From the IMG/VR virus record IMGVR_UViG_648276647_000020: a stretch of DNA of 30,723 nucleotides; one strand, 5' to 3'. This document shows positions 28,631 to 30,723 of the stretch, piece by piece (the first letter of the stretch is position 1; each line of letters starts with the position of its first letter). A program made the position numbers and the translations under genes. Origin of the DNA: a virus (lineage: Duplodnaviria > Heunggongvirae > Uroviricota > Caudoviricetes). The notes under the pieces were generated by a model. That model made no database searches. It was not told the origin of the DNA and saw only the letters and a program-made list of their open reading frames with translations.

Positions 28631-29713
28631 ATGGCTTATTCACCACCGACATTATCATCGCTGATTGCCCGTACAGAACAGAATATTGAACAGCGCCTGC
28701 CGGGTAGCTGGCCTCAGGCCCGTGAAAAAACGCTGAGTGCCATTGCTTACGCCCAGGCAGGGCTTGCTGCCGGTTGTCACGAGCATATTTCATGGGTTGG
28801 ACGGCAGATTATCCCGTCGACAGCAGATGAAGATGAGTTGCTGGAGCACTGCCGGTTCTGGGGCGTGCGCCGCAAACAGGCGACAGCCGCCAGCGGCCCG
28901 CTGACTGTCACCACATCGGCAGCGACCACCATACCTGCCGGTACACGCTGGCAGCGCGCTGATGGTGTGGTTTACAGCCTGGCTGATGCCATTGTGATTG
29001 ACCGTGCCGGAACGACGGAAATTACCGTTACCGCACTGGCTGCCGGTGAGGCAGGAAATACTGGCGAGAATACCCTTTTAACGTTGATCACCCCGGTTGC
29101 CTGTGTTGTTTCCGATGCCATCACCGTAAAAGGGTTTTCCGGTGGGGCTGATATTGAGAGTGCAGCGGAGCTGCTGTCACGGCTGGAATATCGTGTCCAG
29201 TATCCTCCGTTCGGCGGTAATCAGTTTGATTACGTCCGCTGGGCACGTGAAGTCAGCGGCGTTACCCGTGCCTGGTGTTTTCCGACATGGAAAGGCGGTG
29301 GCACAGTCGGGGTGACGTTTGTTATGGATAACCGGAGCAATATTTTTCCACAACCGGCAGACGTGGAACGCGTGGCGGGTTATATCGCCGGTCATACTGA
29401 CCCGATCACCGGTCTGATTGTCGGACAGCCTGACGGTGTAAATGTCACTGTATTTGCGCCAAAGGCAAAGCCGGTAAATCCACGGATTTATATATCACCG
29501 AAGACAGCCGAACTGAAACAGGCTATTACCCACGCCATTAATACCATGTTTTTTAATGAGGTGACGCCGGGCGGCGCACTTGCCCCCTCCCGTATTATCC
29601 GTGCGGTGGCAGGTGTTACCGGTCTGGATGATTTTGAAGTGCGTTTCCCGACAGAGACCCAGCGTTCGGAGAATACGGAACTGTTAACACCGGGGACAAT
29701 TGAATGGCTGTAA
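28631..29713 (+). CDS. baseplate J-like protein (Mu gp47-like)
   Basis: 360 aa; size and position typical of baseplate wedge proteins. Confidence 0.7.
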   Translation: MAYSPPTLSSLIARTEQNIEQRLPGSWPQAREKTLSAIAYAQAGLAAGCHEHISWVGRQIIPSTADEDELLEHCRFWGVRRKQATAASGPLTVTTSAATTIPAGTRWQRADGVVYSLADAIVIDRAGTTEITVTALAAGEAGNTGENTLLTLITPVACVVSDAITVKGFSGGADIESAAELLSRLEYRVQYPPFGGNQFDYVRWAREVSGVTRAWCFPTWKGGGTVGVTFVMDNRSNIFPQPADVERVAGYIAGHTDPITGLIVGQPDGVNVTVFAPKAKPVNPRIYISPKTAELKQAITHAINTMFFNEVTPGGALAPSRIIRAVAGVTGLDDFEVRFPTETQRSENTELLTPGTIEWL

Positions 29714-30246
29714 CACCCTATCAGACGGCCTTTCTGCAATTACTGCCGTCAGGGCTTGCCTGGAATAAAAGCCCCGACAGCAAATTATCTGCGCTGGCGC
29801 AGGCCATCAGCGACGTGATTGCCACTGCGGCGGATGATGCGCGGCAAATGCTGCGGGAGCGTTTCCCGTCCACATCCCGCTGGTATCTGGGGGAGTGGGA
29901 ATCATTTCTGGGGTTGCCGGACTGTACAAGCGAAAACGGCACCCTGTCCGAACGCCAGCGGGCTGCCGCGAATAAAATGCGTATGACCGGCAATCTGAGT
30001 CGGCGCTTTTATGAATGGCTGGCTGCGCAGTACGGTTTTACCGTCAGGCTGACGGATTCCACAGAAGGCCAGTGGGTTACGCAGGTCAATATTTACGGTA
30101 TTAAAAATTATCGCAACGCAACGGTGCTGGATAATGTTCTGACGCCGTTACGTGTTTATGAATCGGGTGCGCTGGAATGTTTACTGGAGAAATATAAACC
30201 CGCACATCAGATTTATAAATTTGTTTACCATGACGGAGATAACTAA
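29704..30246 (+). CDS. tail protein (Mu gp48/R-like)
   Basis: 180 aa; last intact phage gene before the IS insertion. Its stop TAA overlaps a downstream ATG (30246). Confidence 0.65.
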   Translation: MAVTPYQTAFLQLLPSGLAWNKSPDSKLSALAQAISDVIATAADDARQMLRERFPSTSRWYLGEWESFLGLPDCTSENGTLSERQRAAANKMRMTGNLSRRFYEWLAAQYGFTVRLTDSTEGQWVTQVNIYGIKNYRNATVLDNVLTPLRVYESGALECLLEKYKPAHQIYKFVYHDGDN

Positions 30247-30256
30247 TGTTTTATAT

Positions 30257-30274
30257 GGCTTTGTTGAATAAATC
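30257..30274. repeat. IS903-type 18-bp terminal inverted repeat
   Basis: GGCTTTGTTGAATAAATC; the partner repeat is expected about 1 kb to the right, outside the window. Confidence 0.75.
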
Positions 30275-30312
30275 AGATTTCGGGTAAGTCTCCCCCGTAG
30301 CGGGTTGTGTTT

Positions 30313-30723
30313 TCAGGCAATACGCAGGCTTTCAGGCATACCTGCTTTCGTCATTTTGTTCAGCGCTCGTACCAGGGCCATAGCCTCCGCAACCTGACCA
30401 TCGTAGTCACGCAACGTCAGTGAACCCCCGAACAGCTGTTTTACCCGGTACATCGCCGTTTCCGCTATCGAGCGACGGTTGTAATCTGTTGTCCATTTCC
30501 ACCGCGCATTACTCCCGGTCATTCGCTGACTGGCCACTGCACGGTTACGGTCTGCATATTCACCGGGCCAGTAACCCGCACCTTTTCGGGGAGGAATAAG
30601 CGCGCTGATTTTCTTACGCCGCAGTTCATCGTGACAGAGCCGGGTGTCGTAAGCGCCGTCTGCCAGTGCTGCCCTGATTTTTCTGTGAGTCTGCCGGATA
30701 AGACCCGGGAAGGCTTCTGAGTC
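30313..30723 (-). CDS. IS903-family transposase, C-terminal portion (N-terminus outside window)
   Basis: Minus-strand frame open from the window edge to the stop at 30313-30315; translation ...DRNRAVASQRMTGSNARWKWTTDYNRRSIAETAMYRVKQLFGGSLTLRDYDGQVAEAMALVRALNKMTKAGMPESLRIA. Confidence 0.8.
   Translation of the reverse strand, partial: DSEAFPGLIRQTHRKIRAALADGAYDTRLCHDELRRKKISALIPPRKGAGYWPGEYADRNRAVASQRMTGSNARWKWTTDYNRRSIAETAMYRVKQLFGGSLTLRDYDGQVAEAMALVRALNKMTKAGMPESLRIA

Larger units (their letters stand above)
1..30256 (+). mobile_element. Mu-like transposable prophage, partial (A through gp48/R); left end and right end outside window
   Basis: Collinear Mu gene order on one strand: DDE transposase with Mu-type C-terminal tail, MuB-like ATPase, Gam, GemA, Mor, C, lysis genes, terminase, portal, F, G, I, T, sheath, tube, tape measure, N, baseplate genes. 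Many ATGA/TAATG overlaps typical of phage operons. Confidence 0.9.
30257..30723 (-). mobile_element. IS903-group (IS5 family) insertion sequence, partial (continues beyond window)
   Basis: Terminal sequence GGCTTTGTTGAATAAATC at 30257-30274 matches the IS903 terminal inverted repeat as I recall it. Minus-strand transposase C-terminus ...GMPESLRIA stops about 40 bp inside the end. Confidence 0.8.

Noticed and set aside
1-30723. CRISPR arrays, tRNA or rRNA genes, and Mu attachment ends
   Set aside because: No direct-repeat/spacer periodicity or tRNA-like structure was noticed by eye. The window begins at the A start codon, so the left end, operators, repressor and ner are upstream; the right end lies beyond the IS element.

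Overview
The window is almost entirely a Mu-like transposable prophage (Mu/D108 family) on the + strand, starting exactly at the transposase A start codon. It runs through the early genes (A, B, a ~3.7 kb block of small accessory ORFs containing gam), the GemA/Mor/C regulatory cascade, a holin-less lysis cassette (SAR endolysin, overlapped spanins, releasin-like gp25), and the full head and contractile-tail operons up to the gp48(R)-like gene. At 30257 the phage is interrupted by the terminal inverted repeat of an IS903-group (IS5 family) insertion sequence, whose transposase runs on the minus strand off the window edge, exactly where the tail-fibre gene should begin. The phage left end (c, ner, attL) and right end (S/U, G segment, gin, mom, attR) are not in the window. 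The best candidate for something undescribed is a low-GC, opposite-strand small-gene islet between gp27 and the large terminase (11090-11700); the cluster of small early ORFs (3096-6741) is the second candidate. No rRNA, tRNA or CRISPR array was seen. All family assignments are from reading the translated ORFs and synteny by eye; no search was run.
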